The position numbers and the translations under genes were made by a program. From IMG/VR virus record IMGVR_UViG_3300014109_000001, positions 1 to 33,730 of that record: 33,730 nucleotides of DNA; one strand, 5' to 3'. The DNA comes from a virus. Position 1 is the stretch's first letter; each line of letters starts with the position of its first letter. Shown here piece after piece: positions 33,699 to 33,730 of this stretch. The notes under the pieces were generated by a model, which saw only the letters and a program-made list of their open reading frames with translations, was not told the origin of the DNA and made no database searches.

Positions 33699-33730
33699 AA
33701 TCTTCCAAGTGTAAAATAATTCTATCTAGT

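Overview
The window is one complete, circularly closed genome of a temperate siphovirus-type phage. Bases 1-77 are identical to 33654-33730, giving a 33,653-bp unit plus a 77-bp end overlap. The endolysin carries six choline-binding repeats, which points to a mitis-group Streptococcus host (S. pneumoniae, S. mitis, S. oralis and relatives).

Nearly all genes are on the minus strand and tightly packed. Only the lysogeny genes are on the plus strand: a CI-like repressor, a membrane-anchored protein and a large serine integrase.

Reading the minus strand from the genetic switch:
- Early genes: Cro-like regulator, antirepressor and a small winged-helix protein.
- A repeat-rich origin-like region that spans the circular junction.
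- Small early ORFs.
- Recombination genes: RecT, a DUF1351-like protein, SSB and RusA.
- DUF1642-like and other small genes.
- An ArpU/DUF1492-type late activator.
- A ~530-nt ORF-free structured region.
- Packaging and head genes: TerS (TTG start), TerL, portal, a MuF/gp7-like protein with a long C-terminal extension, a 75-aa ORF, scaffold, major capsid and head-tail joining proteins.
- Tail genes: major tail, chaperones, tape measure, Dit and Tal.
- Lysis region: two unknowns, two holin-type proteins, a BppU-like fibre gene and the LytA-like amidase.

The most unusual features:
1. The structured noncoding region upstream of terS holds two tRNA-like modules. Each has acceptor, D and T arms but no foldable anticodon arm. 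The region is bracketed by a promoter-like site and a terminator.
2. The iteron, DnaA-box and repeat origin region sits next to a 118-aa winged-helix protein, in a genome with no recognisable helicase, primase or replisome-organizer gene.
3. The MuF protein has a His-rich C-terminal module followed by an overlapping small acidic ORF and two terminators, an arrangement like a toxin-immunity pair.
4. A receptor-binding-type gene lies between the holin and the endolysin, behind a terminator.

All functional calls come from reading motifs by eye. No database search was run.
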